This document shows, piece after piece, positions 42,151 through 52,462 of a stretch of 52,462 nucleotides of DNA; position 1 is the stretch's first letter, and each line of letters starts with the position of its first letter. A program made the translations under genes and the position numbers. Source of the DNA: Gracilinanus agilis. Taxonomy: Eukaryota. Location of the stretch: positions 256,799,365 to 256,851,826 of the forward strand of contig NC_058133.1 of assembly GCF_016433145.1 (NCBI RefSeq), written 5' to 3'. The notes beneath the pieces were generated by a model that searched no databases, was not told the origin of the DNA, and was given only the letters and a program-made list of their open reading frames with translations.

Positions 42151-42632
42151 GAGAAAAGAGAAGTAATACCCCAAACTCCATACCCTTCTTCACTCCCTAC
42201 TCACCTTTATCAATCTTCCTCCTTGTCCCTAGAAGGGTCCTTTTCTGGATCAGGAAAATGGTTCAAAGTCTGGGAATTAGAGTTTAGAACAATCTAGAAT
42301 ATGATAAAGGACATTGAGAAACCAAGGGTCAGAGCATTGGCTGCATATCAAAGACCATAGAAATACGGGATCCAGAGTAACATAAAAATGTATCAAGAAA
42401 TCCGTGTGCTGAAACAAATTTAGAACCTAGATAAAAACTGCAAACTGGAGACCAAGAGTATACAGAACAAGGACCAGCCCTAAAAGCCTAACCTGAGGGA
42501 AAGGACCCTCTTTACTCTAGAATACTCTCTGAGATATATCTAATTTAGACACTGTGTTGAAATCTAGTTCTTTCCTGTTCTATTTATTGTGATGCAGGAG
42601 CCATGCCTTTTGCCCCCCTGGAGTGGCTTCTG

Positions 42633-42710
42633 TTATTTATGATTGGATAATAGGATTATTTATTTATTTATTTATTTATTTATTGTTTATTTATTCTTAA
42701 TGTATTTATT
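42633..42710 (+). promoter_or_regulatory. TNF 3' UTR class II AU-rich element
   Basis: Overlapping TTATTTAT repeats at 42655-42695. Confidence 0.92.
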
Positions 42711-42767
42711 AAGAAGGTTAGCATTCATGGGGGGACACAGATGTTGAGGTTTCCCCAGCTCAGGAGT

Positions 42768-42782
42768 ATTTTCTATGAAAAT
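42768..42782 (+). promoter_or_regulatory. TNF constitutive decay element (Roquin stem-loop)
   Basis: ATTTTC-TAT-GAAAAT 6-bp stem with triloop, followed by GGAGCTGAA as in the known CDE context. Confidence 0.8.
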
Positions 42783-42960
42783 GGAGCTGAAGCAAGAGGT
42801 GCTTCTATCCTGGCCCCTTGTCTATCCTCCCACCTGCCTATTTTAAAAATTATCTGATCTTATTACATTGTTGATTTAGTGGCTATGCGTCGCTTTATCT
42901 CTGAACCTATGCTCCCAAGGGGAGTCGTGTCTGTAAGCGCCCTATTTGTCAGTGGTGAGA

Positions 42961-42966
42961 AATAAA
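42961..42966 (+). terminator. TNF poly(A) signal AATAAA
   Basis: cagtggtgagaAATAAA, matching the recalled eutherian TNF 3' end. Confidence 0.85.
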
Positions 42967-43269
42967 CTTTGCTTTGAAAAGATTCGGAATTTGATAAGTG
43001 TTATTTATTGCTTATTTCTTAAGTGATGAATGTGTTTGGGAGGTCAAAGTGCATTGAGTGATCCAATTATTTTATTTCCTCTATCTGCCTCTGTCCAAGG
43101 CGGGAAAATGTTCCCCTCTGCCTTCTAATTCCTTCTCCTCAGAATGTGAGAGCCTTCTCTACAATCTCTTCCTACACTCCAATCCTTATGTTCCAAGATC
43201 ACAGAATCCAGGAGATCTCACAGAGAAAAAAACTAGAAAAGCATCCCCATACCCTGATACTTAGAGACA

Positions 43270-43900
43270 AAGATAGCCTTTTATTTTACCACGACAATTA
43301 AGATGGTCCTTTAGGAGCTTCCTCAATATCACTCTTCAAAAATTCCAATTATCATTGCTTACTCATTCCTCCTTTCCTCTTATCATAGAGGAAAAAGCAT
43401 TCCTTCTTCTCTATAAGGCCATATTCCTACCTGCACCTTGATTTCATTCTCTCCTCCCTCTTCTACTATCCATCTGATGGATTTCTTCCCAGCTCCTACA
43501 AACACGCTCAGGTCTTCCCAATCCTATAAAAAACCTTCCCTTGACTCCTGACCATTGACCTGACCATTGACATTCACATGGCTGTCTTTTATTTCACTGC
43601 CAAACTTCTTTAAAAAATAATAAAATAAAGTTTTATCTTCTGTCTTAGAATCAATACTATGTATTGGTTCCAAGGCAGAAGAGTGCTAGGCAGAAAGACT
43701 AGGCAACGGGGGTTAATGCCCAGGGTCACACAGCTAGGAAATATCTGAGGCCAGATAGGAACCCAACTCCAGAACTGGCTCCTTATCCACTGTGCTACCT
43801 AGCTGCCCCTCACTGCCCAACTTCTAGAAAACTTCATTTATTCCCAGAGCCTCTGATTCCTCTACACACTCCTTCTGGAATCCCTTGCATTTAGCTTCTT
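43270..43900 (+). mobile_element. L2 fragment interrupted by a SINE1_Mdo-like element (43610-43809, minus)
   Basis: L2-like pyrimidine-rich text; TSD tcactgcc(a/c)aacttct at 43594-43609 and 43810-43825. Confidence 0.6.
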
Positions 43901-44642
43901 GCCTCCTCCCCCACACCTGTGATCCCTTCACCTCACTCTGAAATCCACACAAAAGGGTCTCCTGCCAGAGAAAGAAGAGAAATAGGGAACATTCTTATAT
44001 CAAAGAGAGATTTTGATGTGGTTGAGTATCAGTTGTTGTCATGCAACCCAGTGTAAAGTCTCTGAGTCCCTGAGAATGGCATTCCCCCTTTCCCCAGAAT
44101 TTTTCAACTGCCACCAAAAAGGAAATAAAATGTGTTCTATTGAAAAGAACATTAAATAGTCAAACAATCTCTTCCTGCCACTGATTGTATGACCTTAGAC
44201 AAATCACTTAATGTCTCTGTACCTCAGTTTCTTAATCAATAAAACATGGGAGTTGAACTAGATCACAACTCATAACCAAAAGGAATTACCACTATAATGT
44301 TTCTTATCTGACAAGGGTTACATCTAACTTCTCCTTGGAAAGGAGGGAAAATGCCCCACCTCTCAAGGAAGTTCATTCCACTTTGGGACAGCTCTAATTG
44401 CTAGAAAGTTTTCTGAAAATCAAGTAAAAATAACTGACTCTTTATAACAGCTACAACCCTCTCTCTTCTCTTGGTTCTGCCAGATCTAATCCCTTCTCCT
44501 TTCAGTTAATTGAAGAGAGTTAACCCCCCACCATCTTTTCTCCAAAGTTCCCTCAACCAAAGCTCTAATTTTCCTTCCTGTTCTAAATCCTATGAACACC
44601 TATGAGAGTGGAACCAGACAAAGGAAACCATACCTAGAGATT

Positions 44643-44691
44643 GGGAATTTCCAATTCTGGGAATTCCAATTGCTATCAGGGGAATTCCCCT
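44643..44691. promoter_or_regulatory. TNF/LTB intergenic NF-kB site cluster (3' enhancer)
   Basis: GGGAATTTCC (44643-44652), GGGAATTCC (44659-44667), AGGGGAATTCCCCT (44678-44691). Confidence 0.85.
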
Positions 44692-45830
44692 CAGCTCAGG
44701 TGAAGTTTCCGGATTTTGTGGCCTGAGAGAGTAGGACAACATTCCCAATGACCTGAATCACAGCCAAAGAGCTTCCAGAGAGCCAGGTGTCCAATCGCCT
44801 AACTTCCCTCCCCCACAGACTCCTTTCAGGGATCAACTCTTGGTTTTCCCTTATCTTTCCCATTCCCAAAGGAGTGATACAGAGATTTGCAGAAATCAGA
44901 ACCAGAGCAACAAAGGCTATTTATTCAGAAATAGAAACTATAGTCCAGGCTGGTCTTTGATTTGAGATACATTGGGAAAAGGAGGATGCGAAATAAGGGG
45001 GAAAGACAGAAAGACAAGTGAGAAAGCTATAGATGGACAGTTTTCTTCTCCCCACCCACTCCCACCCCCACTCCCAAGTTTTGCTGTTATATATGAACAA
45101 ATATGTTATGTTTCTCAGGGCAACTAATTCTACAGAGGAACAAAAGGAGACTGACCTAGATAGAGGGTTGAATCCCCCATCTGCCTCCCCCACACTGGGG
45201 CTCTAAATGGGTCAATGGTGGTGGGGCTGCGGCGGATGCTGTTGTTACTCACCCCATTTCCCCCACTCTTCCTGGAACTGGGGAGCTAAGGTATGAACTA
45301 TGGACTAGGACTTTCCATTCTGCCTTGGATTTGAGAATGTCCTCCTGTGAAATTGTTTTTTTTTTTTTCCCCTCTTTCTCTCCTTTGCCTCCCCCCCATG
45401 ACACTATAATTTTCTCTAACCACCAACCTTTATTTCCCCTATCTAGAACATGACAACTTTTCCTTCCTGCCATACAGAGACTTTCTCTCTGAAATGGGAC
45501 TCTTCCTCCATATCCTTTCCAGTCCCCATATATATCTCTCTCTCTGTCATGAAAGTCCTGGCCCCAGAAATCTTAATGGTAAGGAAGCATCATAGCTCCA
45601 TTGGCCTAACCCAGGAAATTGAGGCAGGATCTAGATACATATCCCATATCACTCTAGTGATATGGTTTTTTTGTTTGGTAATTTTGTTTGATAGAGCTAA
45701 CTACCAATTACACCAAAATCATTCCCCTGAGAGGAGAATTTTGCCAAAACACACATAGTTCCAACTCCTGTATTTCTCTGACATAAGATTTAAGACTCTT
45801 CCCACAGAATTTCCCACAGGCTAAAGAATT

Positions 45831-46022
45831 TTTTTTAAAACCTTTACCTTCCCTCTTAGAATCAATATTAGTTCCAAGACAGAAGATGGGTAAGGGCTAG
45901 GCAATGGGATTAAATTATTTACCCAGGATCACACAACTAGGAAATGTCTGAAACCAGATTTGAATCTAGGACCTACCATCTCTGGGCCTGGCACTCTATT
46001 CACTGAGCCACCTAGCTGCCCC
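45831..46022 (-). mobile_element. SINE1_Mdo-like SINE
   Basis: Consensus match; approximate TSD ctaaagaa(a)ttttt. Confidence 0.75.
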
Positions 46023-46444
46023 ACTAAAGAAATTTTTTATTATTGATCCTGGAGAAGGAAAAAGAATGCTGGTTTGGGAATAATATAAGGAAACTGGAAG
46101 TAGGGGCCACAACTAATGAATGCAGCTAGAATGTCTAGGTCGCCCCTCAAACTGTGCCTATGAAGATAACAGACACAGCAGGTCAGACTTCTTGACAAAA
46201 AAGGATACCAGGTTAGGGTAGAAGTAATTTAAGAGAGAATATGGTGAGGATGTTTTTAAATTCAGTCTGAGATGGCATATGGTAGAACGGAAAGAACACC
46301 ACACTTAGAGCCAGGAGCCCTGGGTATGAATCCTTTCTTTCCTAATTACTCCCTGTGTGGCTTTGGGTAATTTATTTACTCTCTGTTCCTTAGGCCCCAT
46401 CACAATGAAAGACTAGATGATTTTAAATCCTAAATCCATGATCT

Positions 46445-46624
46445 ACTGAGTAGAGGAAGGGGGTTACGCAATATGGAGGTGGCATCATGGATGGAAGTGG
46501 AGTGTGTGTGTACCAAGGTGCAATGGGGAACAGACTGAGTAGAGGAAGGGGGTTACACAATATGGAGGTGGCATCCATGGGATGGAAGTGGAGTGTGTGT
46601 GTACCAAGGTGCAATGAGGAACAC
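46445..46624. repeat. Two-copy tandem duplication of an 89-91 bp unit downstream of LTB
   Basis: actgagtagaggaagggggtta...gtaccaaggtgcaatg starts at 46445 and 46534; a few substitutions and indels. Confidence 0.95.
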
Positions 46625-46680
46625 AGGAGACAGAGAGCAAAGACAGCAGAGGAGGCACTGTCCATTTTGGTTATTTTTTG

Positions 46681-46686
46681 TTTATT
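46681..46686 (-). terminator. LTB poly(A) signal AATAAA
   Basis: tttatt on the plus strand, about 200 nt past the LTB stop. Confidence 0.65.
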
Positions 46687-46890
46687 ATTTTCTTACCATC
46701 TGGCCCTCTCTCCTTCCTTCCCTGGATTGCCACCCCCATCTGTTCCTTCCCCAACTATGACCACTATCTGGCCATTTGCCCTTCACTTCCTCCAGGGACC
46801 CTTTATCTGCACAAACCCAACTCCCCTTGTCTCCCATCAAGTCACTGACTCATAGGCCAGTGAGCATTTCCCTTAGGAGGTAAGCATCCC

Positions 46891-48977
46891 TCATCCCACC
46901 ATTACAGCCCCAAAGAATGTCTTCCCCCTCCTGAAGTCCACCATGCCAGGATGACTTACATTAACATAGATTCTCTCACCCCCTCGAAGCTGAGCCAATC
47001 CCCCAAACCCTACACTGGCATACCACAAGGTTCCCTTCCCAACCCCCCCGGCCTGCTGCACGATAGGGTTCACAGTATCAGCCCCCTGCAGCAGCAGTTC
47101 TGGCTCCCCCGACCCATAGGCGCCCCCAGTCCGATAGAGCCAACTACTGAGGATTACAGAGACTCCAGGCTCCCCAGCATGATGATGAGAGTGGGGTTGT
47201 TCTCCAGCAGAGGGAGCTCGGCCCCTGTACCCGATGTGACAGTACAGGAAATAGACTCCATCTTGGGGAAGGGCCAGCCCTTCATCCCCCAAGAATTGTG
47301 TTCCACTCTGCAAAAACGCTTCCTCGTTCTCTGACTCCCAGCAAAGCCCATGACATTGTTTTGGGACACCTGGGAAGAAATAGGGTGAAATGAGGAACCC
47401 TGTCTCCTTAAGAACCAACTCCTGCACGCTGAGTGATTCCCTCCCCATCTAACAAATTGCCTTGGAATCTGAGCTGGAACAGGCTGAATGTGTGGGAGAA
47501 AGGTTGAAAGATTGGAATTGGGGGAGGGCCTGGAGGGATGGAGGGATGGAGGGATAGAGAAGAGTTCCAAACAGCCTTGGGATTCAAGGCTGAGTTCTAT
47601 GGACCACAAATAGGTCTATGTATGGGAATCCAGATCTGGGTTATGGAAGAGAAAACGTATGCAAATTCAGGCTAGATTTTCTCAGGACACCAAGAACCAG
47701 GATGCTAAAGGAAAAGGAGAATCAGTGGGAGTCTGGGGCAGTAGGACAGACAGGAAGGGAACACCGACCCAGAATAGGAAGAATGCCAATAGGGAATGGG
47801 AAAAGAGAGTCTAGAGGAGGACTGGAGAACCAACTGGGGAGGGTAGGCGGGAAACAGTGGGAAATGAAAGAGGAAGGGAAAGGAAAAGAAAGGGGACCCA
47901 AAGAGCCCCATGAAAAAAGCCAGTGAGGAGGAGGTGTTCTGACTCCAATTCAGGTTTACACTAGATTCACTCCAGATTTATCTCTAATTTTCCCAATTTC
48001 AAGCCAATCCTCTTCCCTGGGTGAATCCAGGTTCTTACCTATGAGGTGTGCAGCTGGAGGAATGGACCTGAGATCTGATCTGGACTCCTCTGGCAGGTGA
48101 TGAAATCCTGGTGGGGGGAGGAAAAGGAGGGAAGAGAGAGAGTGAGAGATTGAAGGTCTGGGAGAGACCTTGAAGGAATCAAGGTTCTTCAGATCAGGCT
48201 AGATATCTGAGTTCATGAGATAAAAAGGGGTGGAATAAGGACCTGGGGACCACATCCAGATACTGGGAATCATCCTTACCCAGTTGCTGCTGCAATTGTC
48301 CTCCTGGACCAGAGGGGTCAGCTACCTGGGTGGGGAGACAGTCATCCTTACCCAGTTGCTGCTGCAATTGTCCTCCTGGACCAGAGGGGTCAGCTACCTG
48401 GGTGGGGAGACAGTGAGAGAACCATCACTACCTCCTTCTCTACTTGGACCCAAGAAATGGATCCTTCGGCTCCTGGCTCTCTTCTCCCCAAGCCAGAGAG
48501 TCACAGGAATCAGTGTGAAAATAGAAAAGAAGAAATTAAATTCTAATAACACAAGGAGAGATAGAAAAATTTAGCATGTATGACCCACAGGTGTCAGGAA
48601 AACACAAGACAATGGATGAGGTAATTGAGGATAGGGGTGTTGATGCTCATACAGAGACACATAGAGATATAAGGACACCAGGAATTTCGAAGAGATGGAC
48701 AGGGAGAGCCTAAGACACAGAATCTTAGAAAGAAACCAAGGCATAGTGAGAAAAACAGAGAAACTACACAGCAAAGGTGTGGATACAGAGAGAGACATGG
48801 ACAGCCACTGTTCACCTGTCCCCTCTGTTCTTGGGGCATCAGGGCCAACATAGTCAGGATAGTGAGGGGTATAGACAGCAGCAGAGTCCCCAATATTGCA
48901 GCTCCTATTGAGGCCACCAAAAGGCAACCTTTCTCATTAGGCCCACCAGCACGAGTCCCCAGCCCTGGAACCCCCAT
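46891..48977 (-). CDS. LTB: Lymphotoxin-beta, 251 aa (275 aa if the duplicated exon 2 is read as one exon); exons 48816-48977, 48352-48397 (duplicate at 48280-48325), 48039-48107, 46891-47369
   Basis: MGVPGLGTRAGG...TM...MPQEQRGQ|VADPSGPGGQLQQQL|GFHHLPEE...PAAHLI|GVPKQ...LALPQDGVYFLYCHIGYRGRAP...LWYASVGFGGLAQLRGGERIYVNVSHPGMVDFRRGKTFFGAVMVG*. Confidence 0.97.
48270..48413. repeat. Exact 2 x 72-bp tandem duplication containing LTB exon 2 and both splice sites
   Basis: 48270-48341 is identical to 48342-48413. Confidence 0.97.
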
Positions 48978-49017
48978 TGATGAACTGAGCTAGGGCTTGA
49001 GCCAGAGAGGGAGGGTC

Positions 49018-49143
49018 TTTCATACCCTTGGGGTGGGGTTACCACTCCACCACCACTACCATGTACACACCTGTCTGGGACTTTCCAAACACCCCTCTTC
49101 TCATCATGGTTCCTCCCCACCAACCCCCCAACCAAGTTTCCTG
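49018..49143 (-). promoter_or_regulatory. LTB promoter: TATA-like TATGAAA (49018-49024), kB GGGACTTTCC (49077-49086), ETS CAGGAAAC (about 49136-49143)
   Basis: Motifs within 170 bp upstream of the ATG; LTB is a known NF-kB/ETS target. Confidence 0.7.
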
Positions 49144-50169
49144 TTTACCCAGAGTTGGGGCAGGGCAACCAGACGCCTAGATTCTCTGAACTCGGGAAGG
49201 AGGTAGGGTGCTATATGGCTTGATGCCTGGGTCCCTTAGGGGACTGGGGACTGGGGGAGGGGTAGAGAAAAGAGATGGGGCTTGTATGACAGTATGTCTA
49301 TATCCCCAGGGGAAGCATCATAACTTTGCTAGCCTAACTCAAGGGGTGGGATATAGGAAGATCTTCTCTAGCTCATTGTCAGCACCCCAGACCTGCCTTG
49401 ATAATGAACATTGGATGGCAGGGCTCAGAACTCAAGTTTCAGTCAAAATGCAGCTGAGGTGATGGAAGAGCTACTTACTAAGATGTATATGGAAAGAGAT
49501 TGGCAGCCAATGAATATTTATTGAACATCTGCTTTGGGCTAGATACTATGGGTATATAAAAATATAATACATAGTCTCTATCCTCAAAGAGCTTACAATC
49601 TATTAGATGCTAAGGTTAGATGCCAGATAGTAACATATATAAAATTCATACATGATATAGTGCATCATACCAAGTGAAAAGTGATGATAAGAGTAACTCA
49701 CATTTTTAGAGAACAAGACTCTTTCCCTATAACCACGAAGAATTGTCACTCATTTAACAAATGAAGAAACAGATTCCGAGACCTTAAGGGACTTGCCCTT
49801 AGCAAGCAAGCAAGTATGTGGTACAGAATTTGAACCCAGATCTCTTGATTCCAGGTCCAAAGCTCCTTAAAGATGCTGCCAGTAGCATGATAAGTCAGAA
49901 AAAAGACTGAGTTGGAGTCCTTGATCTTCTACTTCCTAACTGACCTGGAACAAATTATTTCACCCATCTCTGAATCTCTTCCCTCATCTGTGAAATTAGG
50001 ATAACTACTTCCTTCTTCAGTCAATCAGTAATAAGCATCTAATACATGTTTCTTATGTGTCATGCTCCACACTAACTAGTAGTGATAAAAAATATAGAAG
50101 AGAGACTTCCCCTGCCCTCAAGGAGCTTACATTCTACTAATGGGATATGTTTGCAGATGAATACAGAAG

Positions 50170-50400
50170 AAGGAATAAGCATTTATATGGCACCTACTAT
50201 GTGCCAAGTACTGTGCTAATTGTTTTACCAATATTATCTCATTAGAGTCTCACAACAACCCAGAAAGAAAGGTGCTATTATTATCTCCATTTTACAGTTG
50301 AGGAAACTGAGGCAAACAGAGGTAACATGACTTGTACAAGGTCATAAAGCTCATCTGTGTCTGAGTCTAGATTGGAACTCAGGGCCTCCATTCTACTCCA
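50170..50400 (-). mobile_element. MIR-family SINE
   Basis: gcacctactatgtgccaagtactgtgc...ctccattttacagttgaggaaactgaggcaaacagagg. Confidence 0.7.
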
Positions 50401-50479
50401 CAATATCCATTGTGCTATCTGATATACATAATCCAGGGCAGAGGGGGCTGACAATAGGGAAACCATCAATCTTGAAATC

Positions 50480-51600
50480 TTGAAAGAGGAATCCTTTAAG
50501 CAGAACCTTAAAAAGAGTTAGAGATTCCAGGAAACAGGTAAGAAAGGAGGACATTCAAGATATGGAATCCAATTTGTGCAAAGGCCTGGAATCAGAAGAT
50601 GGCATAAAGAACACCAAGTAGGCCAGTTACGGTAGAGTGTAGAATTTGTGACCAAAAATAATGCATAATCACCCTAGAAAAATTGGCTGGAGTCAGATTA
50701 TGAAGAACTCTAAAAGTTAAAGGAATTTGTATTTTTTCTTAATGCTACTGGGGAGCCACTGAAAAGCTTCCTAAGCAGAGGAATGAGCTTCAGGGAGATC
50801 TGCTTGGCACCTGTTCAGAGGATGGGTTAGAAAGAAAAGAGAATGGTGGCAGGAATACCAAGTAGGAGGCTTTCAAAGTAGTCCAGATGAAGGTCTGATG
50901 AGAGATGATGAGGGTTTGAACTGAGGTAGTGTAAGTAAAAAGGAAGGAAAGTGAGAGACTTTGTTAATGGAACTGAGGAGACTTGGAATGAATTGAATAT
51001 AGGAAATGAATAAAAGTGAAAAGTTAAAAGTGACATTTAGATTTTGAAACTGATGGGCTGAGAGAATGGTATTATCTTCAATAGAAAGATGAAAGTTGGG
51101 AGAAAGGGAGGAAAGAGTAGAAGAGAGCAGGGGGAAAATGAGTTCTCTTTTGGGCATGTCATGAATTCGGAAATAGCCCTCAAGAGATAAAAGAGTTAGG
51201 CATGAAAATATGGGAGTCATCTGCATAAAAGATGATAATGGAAATCCATGAATCATTGCTGATATCACTGAAAGTGAGACTGTAGAGAAGACCCAGGTCT
51301 GAGACTTGGGGTACATTCATTTGATAGAGGACAGGACAGTGATGACAATACTATGAAGGACAGAGGATCAGGTAGAGAACCATGACAAAGCAATATCATA
51401 AAAACTCTAGGAGGAGAAAGTAACCAGAAGAAGATGTGTGATTATCACTGTCACAAAGGATGATGTCTGAGAAAAGAGAAAAAGGCTACTGGATTTGCAG
51501 TAAATAGACCACTGGTGACTTTGAAGAGAGTTGTTTTAATTGAGTGGTGGGGATGAAAGCCAGAATGCACAGGGTTGGGAAATGAGTAGGAAGTGTTAAA
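50480..51600 (-). mobile_element. L2 LINE fragment
   Basis: Minus ORF 50827-51036 contains HLDYFESLLLGIP, like the L2 HLDYCNSLL.GLP motif; purine-rich plus-strand text typical of antisense L2. Confidence 0.65.
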
Positions 51601-52462
51601 ATGGATAAAAAGTAGTGTAGATCTCACAATATTATTTTAAGAAAATTCAAAATTCTATACTATTTTGACTGATGCTCATACTACCCTCTTATCTCCTAAT
51701 TATTACTTTTTTCCCCAGGATCAGATGTGATAATAGTTTGGGGAACAAAATGAGAAAAAGTAGTCTCTGAAAATGGTTATGCTTTTTTGCTCCCCTCATC
51801 TTCCCATTGCTCATGGCAGAAGGAAAGAAAGGGGAAGGAGGATCAAGGTGGCGAGATTTGGGGCTCAGCACGGACAAGTGCATGTCCTTTAAAGGCCTTT
51901 TGGCCTTTTTAAAACCTGGAGAATCAGAGCTTTAGGAGGGTTATGCTGCCACTGCCACTGCCACTGCCACTAAATATGAATCAGACTTGTAGTGAAGTAA
52001 AGTCCAAGGTCCAGAGAACAGCCAAGTAAGGATCACCATGCAGAGATAGCAACCAAAACATTCTGAAACCTCTGGATTAAAAGAAGACCAAGAGACTGAT
52101 CCACCTCTTATCACTCCTCCAAATTTCTCCAGTGTTTTCACTGGACTAGACTTGGATCTAGACCTGGGCCCTGGACTCAGTCCAGCACTTTTCTCCTTCT
52201 CCTTTGTCCATGATCCTTTGGGTTTGAAAGAAGGTTCTGGGATATGGAACATCTAATGTGTACAAGCACTCAGACTTTTCCCCTTGTAACTTCATTAAAT
52301 TTAATAAACTATATGGCTGCAGAAAGTTGATGAACTGGGTTTTATAAACATAGAGGATCATTTGGATGGAAGAAAGTCTCAGATACAGGATGGGACATAG
52401 CAAACCAGAGATTTTTCTATTTTAATAGTACTGAAAATATTTTATAACAACCCCAAGGCAAA

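Noticed and set aside
46445-48413. CRISPR-like or prokaryotic repeat-spacer interpretation of the tandem repeats
   Set aside because: Two-copy head-to-tail duplications without spacers in intron-containing mammalian DNA.
51863-51882. REST/NRSE-like ctcagcac-ggacaagtgc
   Set aside because: Half-site spacing and right half deviate from consensus, and it is far from the neuronal gene ATP6V1G2.
49200-52462. LST1 or NCR3 exons expected next by synteny
   Set aside because: No LST1 TM/ITIM-like or NCR3 IgV-like coding found; the region is mostly MIR and L2.

Overview
Marsupial genomic DNA, most likely a didelphid opossum such as Monodelphis domestica (inferred from abundant SINE1_Mdo-like and MAR1-like SINEs). 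It covers the class I-proximal end of the MHC class III region. Gene order and strand match the eutherian locus: a disabled MIC/MILL-like class I pseudogene (+), MCCD1 (+), DDX39B/BAT1 (-, hosting box C/D snoRNAs), ATP6V1G2 (-), NFKBIL1 (+), LTA (+), TNF (+) and LTB (-). All seven protein-coding genes were rebuilt exon by exon with GT-AG junctions and consistent phases. Two assembly gaps lie at 35243-35638 and 40201-40388. The most unusual observations are: (1) an exact 72-bp tandem duplication of LTB coding exon 2 with its splice sites, which could add 24 aa in frame to the stalk; (2) an inverted, decayed copy of NFKBIL1 exon 2 plus the start of intron 2, lying just upstream in the probable intron 1; (3) apparent birth-and-death turnover of U83/U84-type orphan snoRNAs among DDX39B introns; (4) a multiply disabled MIC/MILL-like gene at the MICB-syntenic position. 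Homology calls rest on recalled sequences and hand alignment; no database search was run.
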